From Candidatus Latescibacterota bacterium (GTDB taxonomy: Bacteria; Latescibacterota; UBA2968; GCA-2709665), in NCBI GenBank assembly GCA_965222075.1, contig OZ244937.1, forward strand, positions 1,792,001-1,856,000: a stretch of 64,000 bases of DNA, written 5' to 3'. This document shows, in pieces, positions 50,475 to 60,019 of this stretch. Each line of letters starts with the position of its first letter. The first letter of the stretch is position 1. The notes under the pieces were generated by a model. It saw only the letters and a program-made list of their open reading frames with translations. It had not been told where the DNA came from and searched no databases. The position numbers were made by a program, and so were the translations under genes.

Positions 50475-52238
50475 ATGAGTTACAGCGACGAAGATATCGT
50501 GCGCCAACTCCAATTGGGTGAAGACAGCCACTGGGAATTCAAAGAGATCGCGTTTGCCGGAAGCGTTCCCAAGAGTCCCCGCCGGGATGACCTGGCGGAT
50601 GAGATCGCGGCGTTCGCCAATGCGAACGGCGGCGTGCTGCTCTGCAGCGTCACCGACGAAGGCAAGGTGCGGGGCATGTCGCGTGAACAGATCGTCGCGT
50701 TGGATTCTTTTCTGGTCGAAGTGAGCTCCGACTCCATCAGACCGGCCGTTCGTATCCGCACGTATCACAAGCAACTCCCTGACGACAAGCGGTTGCTGCT
50801 GGTCGATGTCCCGGAGGGCGATTCACAGCATGACAGCCCCGGTGGAAGCTATGTTCGTGTAGGCGGTTCAAAGCGAAGGATGACGAGTGACGAGCGGCTG
50901 CGCCTGGCGCAACGACGGGGACAGGCACGTTTCCGATCATTCGACGAGCAAACCGTTCCGGATACCGGATTCAAAACTCTGGATGAATCGCTTTGGAAAC
51001 CCCTGTTGAGTGCCGAGGGCGCAGCGGATCCTGAGGCAGCGCTCGTGAAGTTGGCGCTCCTGGCGTCCGACGAGGCCGGGGTCTCGCGTGCCACGGTGGC
51101 TGGCGTGTTGTTGTGCACCCGAAATCCCGAGCAGTGGCTCTCCAACGCCTGCATTACGGCGACCCGTTACAGGGGAAAGGATCGTGCCTCCGGCCAGATC
51201 GATGCGCAGGAAATTACCGGCCCGCTGAACCGGCAAATCGCCGATGCGGTGGCCTTCGGCGTAAGGAACATGCACGTTGCGGCGCGCAAGGAGCCGGGGC
51301 GCGTGGATCTGCCTCAGTACAGCGACAAGGCGCTGTTCGAGGCCCTGGTCAACGCCGTAGCGCATCGCGACTATTCAATGCGCGGTAGCAAAATTCGCCT
51401 TTCGATGTTCGAAGACCGCCTGGAGATTCAGTCGCCGGGCTCGCTACCGAACAACCTGACGGTGGAGAGTATGGCAACGCGGCAAGCGACTCGAAACGAA
51501 GCATTGACCTCCGTGCTGGGACGAATGCCGGTAGGGGGAGTCCGGGGCTCTGAGGACAGACAGTACTTCATGGAGCGCCGCGGAGATGGTGTTCTGATCA
51601 TCCGGCGCGAAACCCGGGAACTCTGCGGGAAACTGCCTGAGTATCGACTGATCGATGACTCGGAAGTCTGCCTCACTCTCCCCGCGGCAACGCAGGAACA
51701 GAGCCCTGCCCGCGCCGTCATCACCGTGCGCTCCGTCGGCCAACCCTTGCCTGGTGCCGACCTGTTGACTCTTTTTCCGAACAAGACCTGGAAGCGTGCG
51801 ACCACAGACGAAAACGGCGAGGCGGCCATTGATCTGCACACCACGCATCTCCCCATGACAGTCTTTGCGGCCGCTCCCGGGTACGCCGCGCATCTGGAAC
51901 GAGAATGGGTGCCGAGCCAGGGCGCGCTCGCAATAGAACTTGAACCCCTGCCGGAGGGCGGTGCGGTCATTTTTCCGGAGGCGACCGGCTACCTTCCGGG
52001 TTTGACGGGACGGTTGAATCCCATCCTGGATACCCACGCCAGAACCTACCTCTACGCCTCCAACATCGCCATTAACCAGGGCGAGCAGCAGCCGGTCCAC
52101 TTCATTCTCGGAGAAGAATTGCGATTAACCGATAACAAAGGAATCGAACTGCTGGTGCGCATTGTCGATATTGTGGGCCGGTCGGCGCTTGTGGAATACC
52201 GCCCATATCCGGAGGAGAAGACACATGCTGGTCAGTGA
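50475..52238 (+). CDS. AlbA_2 (Schlafen-like) + HATPase_c_4 protein with extra C-terminal beta domains
   Basis: EDSHWEFKE, IAAFANANGG, EALVNAVAHRDY, IQSPG, MERRGDG. Confidence 0.82.
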   Translation: MSYSDEDIVRQLQLGEDSHWEFKEIAFAGSVPKSPRRDDLADEIAAFANANGGVLLCSVTDEGKVRGMSREQIVALDSFLVEVSSDSIRPAVRIRTYHKQLPDDKRLLLVDVPEGDSQHDSPGGSYVRVGGSKRRMTSDERLRLAQRRGQARFRSFDEQTVPDTGFKTLDESLWKPLLSAEGAADPEAALVKLALLASDEAGVSRATVAGVLLCTRNPEQWLSNACITATRYRGKDRASGQIDAQEITGPLNRQIADAVAFGVRNMHVAARKEPGRVDLPQYSDKALFEALVNAVAHRDYSMRGSKIRLSMFEDRLEIQSPGSLPNNLTVESMATRQATRNEALTSVLGRMPVGGVRGSEDRQYFMERRGDGVLIIRRETRELCGKLPEYRLIDDSEVCLTLPAATQEQSPARAVITVRSVGQPLPGADLLTLFPNKTWKRATTDENGEAAIDLHTTHLPMTVFAAAPGYAAHLEREWVPSQGALAIELEPLPEGGAVIFPEATGYLPGLTGRLNPILDTHARTYLYASNIAINQGEQQPVHFILGEELRLTDNKGIELLVRIVDIVGRSALVEYRPYPEEKTHAGQ

Positions 52239-52341
52239 GTTGATCGAGCTGCTTCGAGCACTGGCTTGAGAAATATCGGCTCACCGGCGAAGTTAGACGC
52301 CGGTTCAAGGAGGGTAAACACATGCAACAGGAGAGCATCCG

Positions 52342-52650
52342 ATGACACCTATTGTCGAGGAGCGGGTCGGCGAGCTGCGGCAACTCTGCGTCCGTTACCG
52401 TGTTCTGCGGCTTGATCTGTTCGGCTCGGCTGCCACCGACAACTCCCATGGGGACGAAAGCGACCTGGACTTCCTGGTTGAATTCCAAACGCTGCCCTCG
52501 GGAGAATATGCCGACGCCTACTTCGGGCTGCTGGAGGCTCTGGAGCTGCTCTTTGGACACCCTGTGGACCTCATCGTTGACTCGGCCATCAAGAACCCCT
52601 TCTTCCGGCAACGCGTTGACGAGACCAGGACACTGCTCTATGCGGCTTGA
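52342..52650 (+). CDS. Minimal nucleotidyltransferase (MNT/MntA-like antitoxin)
   Basis: LFGSAA...SDLDFLVEF. Confidence 0.88.
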   Translation: MTPIVEERVGELRQLCVRYRVLRLDLFGSAATDNSHGDESDLDFLVEFQTLPSGEYADAYFGLLEALELLFGHPVDLIVDSAIKNPFFRQRVDETRTLLYAA

Positions 52651-52981
52651 AGCTCGGAAATATCTGTATGACATCCAAAGAGCTGCGGGCTTACTGGATG
52701 AATTTGTTACCGGCAAGACCTTTGCTGATTATCAGCGCGACGCCATGCTGCGAGCCGCAGTAGAGCGTGAGTTCGAGATCATTGGCGAGGCCATGACGAA
52801 ACTGGCTAAAGTCGAAGAAGCGGTGGCTGCCCGGATCAGCGGGTTTCAACGCATCATCGCCTTCCGCAACGTCCTTATTCACGAATACGCTGACGTGGAT
52901 GACCGACTGGTGTGGGATGTGGTCGAGACCAATCTTCCGACCCTCGTCCGCGAGATCAACGCCCTGTTGGAGGATGGATGA
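52640..52981 (+). CDS. HepT-like (DUF86) HEPN RNase toxin
   Basis: [15 protein letters not shown] (RX4H), VWD. Confidence 0.88.
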   Translation: MRLEARKYLYDIQRAAGLLDEFVTGKTFADYQRDAMLRAAVEREFEIIGEAMTKLAKVEEAVAARISGFQRIIAFRNVLIHEYADVDDRLVWDVVETNLPTLVREINALLEDG

Positions 52982-52998
52982 GTGGAGTTTGTGGGCTG

Positions 52999-53307
52999 GA
53001 GGACATCTTTCGCGTCGCAGACACCTACCACGCCTGGCGCGGCGGCGATGGCGAGTACGACGACATCCCCGGCTTCTGCAAGTCGGCGACACTGGAAGAG
53101 ATACGCAAGCACGGCCATGTCCTCACCCCCGGCCGCTACGTCGGCGCAGAAGCGCAGGAGGATGATGGGGAGCCGTTCGAAGACAAGATGGTGCGGCTCA
53201 CCGCCCAATGGCGGGAGCAGCAGGCCGAAGCGTGGAAACTGGACGCGGCTATCGCGGCCAACCTGGCGCAGCTGGGGTTCGGAGAGAGCACGGAGGGAGA
53301 ACAATGA
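52999..53307 (+). pseudogene. Second copy of the hsdM 3' end (about 100 codons)
   Basis: [14 protein letters not shown]...[33 protein letters not shown]...KLDAAI, highly similar to 47067-47366. Confidence 0.9.
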
Positions 53308-53588
53308 TTCGACCGACTGAAGTCGAGGCCCGCGATGGATACCGGATATGGCTCCGGTACTCGGACGGGGTAGCGGGAGAGGCCGACCTGTCTCATCTGG
53401 CAGGGCATGGCCCGTTCGCAGCCTGGAACAACCGCAGATGCTTCGAGGCGGTGCATATCGGCCCATCTGGAGGGGTCGTCTGGGGAGATGACATCGAGCT
53501 TTGCCCGGACGCCCTCTATATGCAAATTACCGGCAAGGCCGTCGAGGAAGTGATGCCGGGCGTACGGACCTTGACTGAAAATGCCTGA
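53304..53588 (+). CDS. DUF2442-domain protein (TA component)
   Basis: [25 protein letters not shown]. Confidence 0.82.
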   Translation: MIRPTEVEARDGYRIWLRYSDGVAGEADLSHLAGHGPFAAWNNRRCFEAVHIGPSGGVVWGDDIELCPDALYMQITGKAVEEVMPGVRTLTENA

Positions 53589-53841
53589 GATTTGCAGATT
53601 CTACGGAATCGTCATACGCATGTATTTTGACGACCACTGGCCGGCTCACTTCCACGCGCTGTACGGCGAGGATGAAGCGGTAATAGGAATTGACAGCCTG
53701 GCTGTATTGCACGGGCGTCTGTCACCACGCGCCCAGGGCCTTGTGGTCGAGTGGGCCTCCCTCCGACAAGTGGAACTCCGGCAAGCATGGGACCGAGCCA
53801 AACGCCTGGAGCAGCCTGGCAGCATCGCACCCTTAGACTGA
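53581..53841 (+). CDS. DUF4160-domain protein (TA component)
   Basis: [26 protein letters not shown]. Confidence 0.88.
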   Translation: MPEICRFYGIVIRMYFDDHWPAHFHALYGEDEAVIGIDSLAVLHGRLSPRAQGLVVEWASLRQVELRQAWDRAKRLEQPGSIAPLD

Positions 53842-53897
53842 CGCCGGGGTGATGAGCATGATGAGCAGTAGTGCAATTCACAGACGGAGGAAAGCTT

Positions 53898-54143
53898 GTG
53901 ACCGTCGGACAGTTGGTACAGGTACTGCAGAGCTATCCGCAGGACATACGTGTCGTCGTGAACGGCTACGAAGAGGGCTACGACGACCTGTCGCCGGAGC
54001 AGATATCCTCGGTCAAGATAGCTTTGAACACAGGAAAACATCCCTGGGAGGGACGGCACGGAGATCCTCGCCATCCGGCGGAAGGGACTCCGGACGACAC
54101 CAGGGTCGTCAAGTCCCTGGTTCTCTGTCGAGTGTCCAATTGA
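53898..54143 (+). CDS. Small hypothetical protein
   Basis: SD GGAGG then GTG; VTVGQLVQVLQSYPQDIRVVVNGYEEGYDD. Confidence 0.65.
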   Translation: MTVGQLVQVLQSYPQDIRVVVNGYEEGYDDLSPEQISSVKIALNTGKHPWEGRHGDPRHPAEGTPDDTRVVKSLVLCRVSN

Positions 54144-54165
54144 TGATGCAATCCAAAGGTCGAGC

Positions 54166-54582
54166 ATGATTGATTACGACAAGTTTCAGATGTCGCTCAA
54201 ACGCCTGGAAGAGCAGCACGAGAATTACCAGCAACTCGACGCCTCGCTACCGGAATTGACCCAGGAAGCCATCGCCGAGTCGGTCATCCAGCGTTTCGAG
54301 ACCTGCTATGACTGCCTGTGGAAGGTATTGAAACGATACCTGACTGAAGAACTGGGCATCCCTGACACGCCCAACAGTCCCAAGCCCATCTTCAGACTGG
54401 CCCACGAGAACCATCTGTTCGACTCGTCGCTGGAGCAATGGCTCGGCTATGCGGATCGGCGCATCGATACCACCCACGACTACAGCGGTGAGAAGGCGAA
54501 AGCCTGTCTGGACATCATGGGCGCGTTCATCGACGACGCCATAGGCCTCTACCAGACTATGAGCGGGGAAACATGGGAATAA
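54166..54582 (+). CDS. Nucleotidyltransferase substrate-binding (HI0074-type HEPN) protein
   Basis: IQRFETCYDCLWKVLKRYL, SPKPIFR, RIDTTHDY. Confidence 0.88.
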   Translation: MIDYDKFQMSLKRLEEQHENYQQLDASLPELTQEAIAESVIQRFETCYDCLWKVLKRYLTEELGIPDTPNSPKPIFRLAHENHLFDSSLEQWLGYADRRIDTTHDYSGEKAKACLDIMGAFIDDAIGLYQTMSGETWE

Positions 54583-56381
54583 ACCAGGACATTGACATCA
54601 CCGCAGAGCAGCGCAAAACCGTTCTGGCGTTGCTCCAAAGGCATCTGCCGAACACCACCGCCTGGGTCTATGGCTCCCGCGCCCAATGGACCTCGCGGCC
54701 GCAATCCGATCTCGACATGGTGGTATTCGCAACGCCGGAGCAAAACAGCCGGGTTTCCGATCTCAGGGAATCATTCGAGGAAAGCAACCTGCCGTTTCGA
54801 GTGGATTTGTTTATCTGGGATGAAGTGCCCGAGCAGTTCCGAAATCAGATTGAAGCCGAGCATGCGGTGTTGGCGGAGAGAGAAGAACAATCGCGGCTAA
54901 CTTTAAACCTAGCTACCGCAGACGAGGCCGCTCCCTTGCGAGAAATTCTCGCCTACACACGCGATGGTGAGTGGGGAGCGGGAGATATAAACGCCAACCT
55001 CATTCCTATGCGAGTTATCCGAGGCACGGATTTTGAAGCTGTAAGTCGCGGGAGTTTGGCGAATGTTCCAACTCGATACATTCGTCCTGACGTGTCTGCA
55101 AGAAAGACTCTGAAGCCTTGGGACATACTTATCGAGACGGCAGGGGGATCTAAAAATCGTCCGACAGGTCGCACATTGTTGGTTCACCCACGAATTTTGG
55201 AACGCTCGGAGATCCCTGTCACTTGTGCGAGCTTTGCCCGTTTCCTCCGTATCCATTGTGATCGGGCGAACCCAGCATACATTTATTGGTTTCTTCAACA
55301 CCTATATTCCATCGGTGAAATGGAAAAGCATCAAGTTCAACATACAGGTGTTGCTCGATTTCAATTTACAGATTTTGCCGCGAATATCGAAGTTCCGCTT
55401 CCTCCCCTCCCCGAACAACGTGCCATCGCCCACATCCTGGGCACGCTGGACGACAAGATCGAGCTGAACCGGCGCATGAACGAGACGCTGGAGGAGATGG
55501 CCCGGGCGCTGTTCAAGTCGTGGTTCGTCGATTTCCTGCCTGTGCGTGCGAAACAACGTGCACGCACGCCTGCCTGCGTCCGCAGGACAGGCAGGCAGAC
55601 AGGTGATCCCGTCCGCGCCAAAGCGGCCCTCATTACTCCCCCTCCGGGGGGGAGTGATTGGACCGTCGAACGGGCCCGCGCCTACCTGCCTGCCGCGCGG
55701 GGCTTGGCGCAGGCAGGTCTGGCCGGCATGGACGCCAGCATCGCCGACCTCTTTCCCGACCGGCTCGTGGACTCGGAGCTGGGGCCGATACCTGAGGGGT
55801 GGGAGGTTGGCGTTCTGGATGATGCTATAGAACTCCTCAGCGGCGGAACCCCTCGCACATCGGTAGCCAGCTACTGGGGTGGAGACATTCCCTGGTATAC
55901 CGCGAAAGACGCTCCCTCCCTGAGCGACGTTTTTGTTTTGGACACTGAAAGGACCATTACACAAGCAGGAGTTGAGAACAGTGCTACCAATATCCTTCCC
56001 TTCGGAACAACCATCATCACTGCCAGAGGTACGGTAGGCAGGCTGGCCTGTCTTGGAGTGCCGATGGCCATGAATCAGACCTGTTACGGTATCCGAGGTG
56101 CCCGAGGCTACCCGAACTTCTTCACATACTGGAACGTCAGGAGGACGGTAGATGAGCTGCAGAGCCGAACCCATGGCACTATCTTCGACACGATAACACG
56201 CCAGACTTTCAAACTTGTCGAGACAGCATTGCCGCCTGCGGAACTGGCGGAGGCGTTTGAGTTGACAGTAACCCCTGTGATGGGACGCATTCTCTGCAAC
56301 CTGCTGGAGTCTCGCACCCTCGCCACCCTGCGGGATGCGCTGCTGCCGAAGTTGGTGTCTGGCGAAGTACGGATTAGATGA
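54573..56381 (+). CDS. hsdS: MNT nucleotidyltransferase fused to type I RM specificity subunit
   Basis: N-terminal YGSRA..SDLD; PPLPEQRAIAHILGTLDDKIELN, WFVDF, IPEGW, LRDALLPKLVSGE; two TRDs. Confidence 0.9.
   Translation: MGINQDIDITAEQRKTVLALLQRHLPNTTAWVYGSRAQWTSRPQSDLDMVVFATPEQNSRVSDLRESFEESNLPFRVDLFIWDEVPEQFRNQIEAEHAVLAEREEQSRLTLNLATADEAAPLREILAYTRDGEWGAGDINANLIPMRVIRGTDFEAVSRGSLANVPTRYIRPDVSARKTLKPWDILIETAGGSKNRPTGRTLLVHPRILERSEIPVTCASFARFLRIHCDRANPAYIYWFLQHLYSIGEMEKHQVQHTGVARFQFTDFAANIEVPLPPLPEQRAIAHILGTLDDKIELNRRMNETLEEMARALFKSWFVDFLPVRAKQRARTPACVRRTGRQTGDPVRAKAALITPPPGGSDWTVERARAYLPAARGLAQAGLAGMDASIADLFPDRLVDSELGPIPEGWEVGVLDDAIELLSGGTPRTSVASYWGGDIPWYTAKDAPSLSDVFVLDTERTITQAGVENSATNILPFGTTIITARGTVGRLACLGVPMAMNQTCYGIRGARGYPNFFTYWNVRRTVDELQSRTHGTIFDTITRQTFKLVETALPPAELAEAFELTVTPVMGRILCNLLESRTLATLRDALLPKLVSGEVRIR
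55535..55603 (+). mobile_element. Nested in-frame palindromic elements (42 bp outer + 27 bp inner) in hsdS
   Basis: Removing 69 bp restores WFVDFDPVRAK exactly; inner copy at 55569-55595. Confidence 0.85.
55685..55717 (+). mobile_element. 33 bp in-frame palindromic element in hsdS
   Basis: CCTGCCTGCCGCGCGGGGCTTGGCGCAGGCAGG; removal gives ERARAYLAGMD. Confidence 0.8.
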
Positions 56382-56583
56382 TCCAAGGAATTCATGGAAA
56401 AGGTCCGCCAATTGAACGTGGCCGGAAACTCTTACTTGAAGTGTTATGGCACTCTATTGAGCCGAGCTATTGTCTGATCGAACGTGTCGTATCAATCGGT
56501 CTTTACGGAATTTAGGACGATCCGGCGAAACCATTAGGACACGCCGCTCAATTTCATCCTCAACGCTCGAATATACCTACGAC

Positions 56584-58857
56584 ATGAAACGAAGACGCAA
56601 ACCGAAACGAAAACGCAAGACGAAAAACAGGAGGCCAACTGAGGACGGTTTTGGAATCTGGCAATACTCACATTCTCCTGTCGAGCGAAATGAGATGAAG
56701 GCGAATGTTCTTTCAAGGGCTCGCGAATGCGACGAGAAGTTTCCTGAACTTGTGAATTCACTGGTTGGCCATTTTCGGGACCGAAGGCCGCCACAGATTA
56801 TTACGATTCTCGCGAACTATGGATTACAGCACATGGTCACCGACGCAGGCGTTTCGGAACAGAGCTTGGTCGGTATACAACAGCATCATGTCGAGTTGCT
56901 GCAGGCGTTAGCACTTACATTGTCTCAGGATGAATGGGGCCGTAACCCAGTAACACCTGATATCGTTCAAGCCGTTATCGACGAAATAGTCGAATTAGCG
57001 GATGTATTCCAAATTATGCGTTTGTCCACATTGGAACACGAACGCGATGAACAACAACATGCCGTTCTGACTCTTCAGGAGCGCCTAAGAGCGTATACAC
57101 AATGTGTTCGAAATTGGGGCTATCGCTCTGCCATGGTTGAGGTTTCGACCGAGCTATACAGTCCTCTCGACTCGAGATTGCACGCGTACTACGGGTTCAG
57201 CGCAACGGATTTGATTGAGGTAGTTAATGCAATTATACGTGTCTTGGAGGAACGCGCCACGAAGCGGTGGAAAACCATGGGCGGGATATTCCGTTCCCGC
57301 AATGTTCGTCAACTCGTCCACAGATACTTCGCCCAATTTCCCGGCGTTGAAGACGACCCAGAAGAGTTTCTTTGTGCATTACCGGAAGGTGTTAGCCGTA
57401 ACGAAGTCAGGTCTTGTTTAATGGCACTTGCCAATACGAAACTTTTTCAATTGTTCCTTTTCGATTGCGACTGTATCGCGGAAGTTTCAGGCCGATCAAT
57501 CGATGTTGTCAGGCGAGTTCTCGAACATATCTCAATGCGCCCCGGTGATCTCGCTCAGGATAAAGTTCACGAATTTTTCCTCGACAACCCAATTTGGATG
57601 ATGCCTGGAATAATCATCGAAGGGAAGTGCTTGTTCCCAATGCCGCAGGTTGTATTCAGCCACATTCACGGCCTTATGCGCGCGCTGGCTAAGGAAGCAG
57701 GTCTTGACGAGAAGCTCCATAAGCGGCGCGCGACGTTTCTCGAGAACAAAGTTAAGCAGACGATTCAGCGCGTTCTTCCCACCGCCACTTTGACCCTTAA
57801 TGCAAAATGGAATTATAATGGGACCAGATTCGAAACGGACTTGCTCGGCCAGATTGATCACGTCGTATTAATAATAGAAGCGAAATCGGGAGCACTCACC
57901 GTTCAAGGTCTTCGAGGAGTTCCAGAACGTGTCAAGCGTCATGTCCACGACCTTGTTGTGGGGCCAGCGGAGCAGTCTTCACGGCTAGAGCAGTTAATCT
58001 GGCAGGCGAAAGCAGGTGAAACCGCCGCGGTAGCAACCATTTCATCATTGGGCTTAGAGCCGAACAACGTGGACACCGTCGTGAGAATCTCCGTCACACT
58101 TGACGATTTCTCTATGATGTCGATTGCTGAACGAGAGCTAAAAGCAGCGGGATGGGTTCCGCCTGCGCTCCCCCTAGCTCCGACACTGAACGTTACAGAT
58201 CTAGCGTGCGTCGCCGAAATTCTCAACGATCCAGCATACTTTCTGCACTATTTCGCCGAACGTGAACGCAGCCAAAAGGTAATCGAACTAATCGGCGATG
58301 AGATGGACTTGCTCGGCCTGTATTTGGAGACTGGTTTCAATTTCGCCGAAAAGGAACTCGCAGCTAACCCGCTCATTACCACTGGATTGTCGCAACCTGT
58401 GGATCATTATTACAACAGCGCTGATGCGGGCGTAGTTGTCCAAAAACCACGGCCGAAGATTCATCGTGCATTAGAAAAAATCGTCCTCCATATCCAGAAT
58501 AAATCCATTGAGGGTTGGACGACTATTGCGCTCGATCTTCTGCGCATTGGCAATCTTGATGAGCAAAGGATGCTTTTTCGAAAGATCGAGAAACTACGTA
58601 AACGAGTACCCAAGACGTACCGTGACCCTAAACACATTTGTTCGGTAGTTGTAGTTCCTCCTGCACACCGCGAGGCGTTTGCAATATTCTACGTATACCC
58701 AGATGCGATAGCCGACAGGCGTTACGAAGTGGTCGAGGAGTTGGCCGGCGGACAATTCGCTGTTGAGGGTCGTTCTCGTTGCATCGTTGTAGGCAAAAAG
58801 ATCGAAGCCTGGAACCAACCATACCAGTTTGTGGCCACTTATAGCAAACCTGTATAA
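56584..58857 (+). CDS. Large hypothetical protein with a PD-(D/E)XK/NERD-like nuclease motif
   Basis: FLE...ETDLLGQIDHVVLIIEAKS; lower GC than the host; start uncertain. Confidence 0.65.
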   Translation: MKRRRKPKRKRKTKNRRPTEDGFGIWQYSHSPVERNEMKANVLSRARECDEKFPELVNSLVGHFRDRRPPQIITILANYGLQHMVTDAGVSEQSLVGIQQHHVELLQALALTLSQDEWGRNPVTPDIVQAVIDEIVELADVFQIMRLSTLEHERDEQQHAVLTLQERLRAYTQCVRNWGYRSAMVEVSTELYSPLDSRLHAYYGFSATDLIEVVNAIIRVLEERATKRWKTMGGIFRSRNVRQLVHRYFAQFPGVEDDPEEFLCALPEGVSRNEVRSCLMALANTKLFQLFLFDCDCIAEVSGRSIDVVRRVLEHISMRPGDLAQDKVHEFFLDNPIWMMPGIIIEGKCLFPMPQVVFSHIHGLMRALAKEAGLDEKLHKRRATFLENKVKQTIQRVLPTATLTLNAKWNYNGTRFETDLLGQIDHVVLIIEAKSGALTVQGLRGVPERVKRHVHDLVVGPAEQSSRLEQLIWQAKAGETAAVATISSLGLEPNNVDTVVRISVTLDDFSMMSIAERELKAAGWVPPALPLAPTLNVTDLACVAEILNDPAYFLHYFAERERSQKVIELIGDEMDLLGLYLETGFNFAEKELAANPLITTGLSQPVDHYYNSADAGVVVQKPRPKIHRALEKIVLHIQNKSIEGWTTIALDLLRIGNLDEQRMLFRKIEKLRKRVPKTYRDPKHICSVVVVPPAHREAFAIFYVYPDAIADRRYEVVEELAGGQFAVEGRSRCIVVGKKIEAWNQPYQFVATYSKPV

Positions 58858-59053
58858 TGCACGAAGGGTGGTAGTTGTAAAGGAAAACATCAATCACATT
58901 CCGGAGTTAGAGGGGCATGCTATCGCGCCGCTTGGAGGAGAGACGACATCTGATGGCGATAGCACTTGGTGCAGGGTATGGGCGGATAAACTCGTGCACG
59001 AAATTGAACAACATTCCGGAAGACCTCCCCAGTTCAAACTTGGAGGACACACA

Positions 59054-60019
59054 ATGAACGTCTGGGTTGTCAGAGCGGATTTTGGAAGGTACACGGACAA
59101 TTTTATAAATGGTGGATACATCGCGATCGGATGGATATGGGAGCGTGATCTCACGGCGATCAGCAGCCGTGAAGAGTTGTATCCGATTTACCGACAGACG
59201 CATCCAGACGATAAGAGCAATATCGTCGTTGGGCAGCAGGTGGGGCAGATTGCACGATTTCTTCTTGAAATCAAAGCTGGGGACTATGTAATAACGCCGC
59301 CCACAGACACTGAATGGCTACATTATGGTAAGGTTGCAGCGGACCCGTATTATTTCTCGAACGAGAACGACGGTTGCCCATATCCTCATCGGCGGAAAAT
59401 CGAGTGGGCTCAGAGACGACTCAAGCGATCGGAATTCTCGATTCCATTTCAAAACACGATTCGCTCTTCGTTGACCGTTTTTTACGTATCACGGGGACAA
59501 GAGCTTCTCAGTACAATTGGAGTGCATCGGGTCGGATCCGAATCGAAACCTGAGACGAACGACCCCCATCAAGTAGTCCTCAACCAGATTCTCGAACTCG
59601 ACTCCGGTGAATTTGAGATCCTGGTCGGACATCTGCTGACGGCCCTCGGATTTGAAGGCTCCAGGGTCATTGGAAAGCCAGGCGACGGCGGTGTAGATGT
59701 AATCGGAGAGTTGAACGCATCGAACCTGGCGAAAATCAAGGTTTTCGTCCAGGCTAAGCGTTATGAACTGCAAGCCAAAGTAAAAGCATCGACTGTAAAG
59801 CAACTCCGCCAAGCGATACCCTTTGGTGGACAAGGGGCATTCATCACAACTGCGAACTATCAGACTAAAGCGACGGAAGTGGCAGTTGAGGACGGCTTTC
59901 CGCGTATCGGCCTGATCAATGGCCATCAACTGGTCGACCTTCTAGTTGAGCATTGGAGTTCTATTCCTGCGGAGTTCCGCGACAGTCTGGGACTCAAACC
60001 AGGGTTGGTTCGTATATGA
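59054..60019 (+). CDS. Mrr-like type IV restriction endonuclease
   Basis: N-terminal VWVVRA domain; FEILV..LGF, DGGVD, VQAKRY, LINGHQLVDLL. Confidence 0.88.
   Translation: MNVWVVRADFGRYTDNFINGGYIAIGWIWERDLTAISSREELYPIYRQTHPDDKSNIVVGQQVGQIARFLLEIKAGDYVITPPTDTEWLHYGKVAADPYYFSNENDGCPYPHRRKIEWAQRRLKRSEFSIPFQNTIRSSLTVFYVSRGQELLSTIGVHRVGSESKPETNDPHQVVLNQILELDSGEFEILVGHLLTALGFEGSRVIGKPGDGGVDVIGELNASNLAKIKVFVQAKRYELQAKVKASTVKQLRQAIPFGGQGAFITTANYQTKATEVAVEDGFPRIGLINGHQLVDLLVEHWSSIPAEFRDSLGLKPGLVRI

Noticed and set aside
54573-56381. Phase-variable hsdS shufflon (invertible TRDs)
   Set aside because: Only one intact hsdS is present, with no inverted silent hsdS copies and no recombinase in the window.
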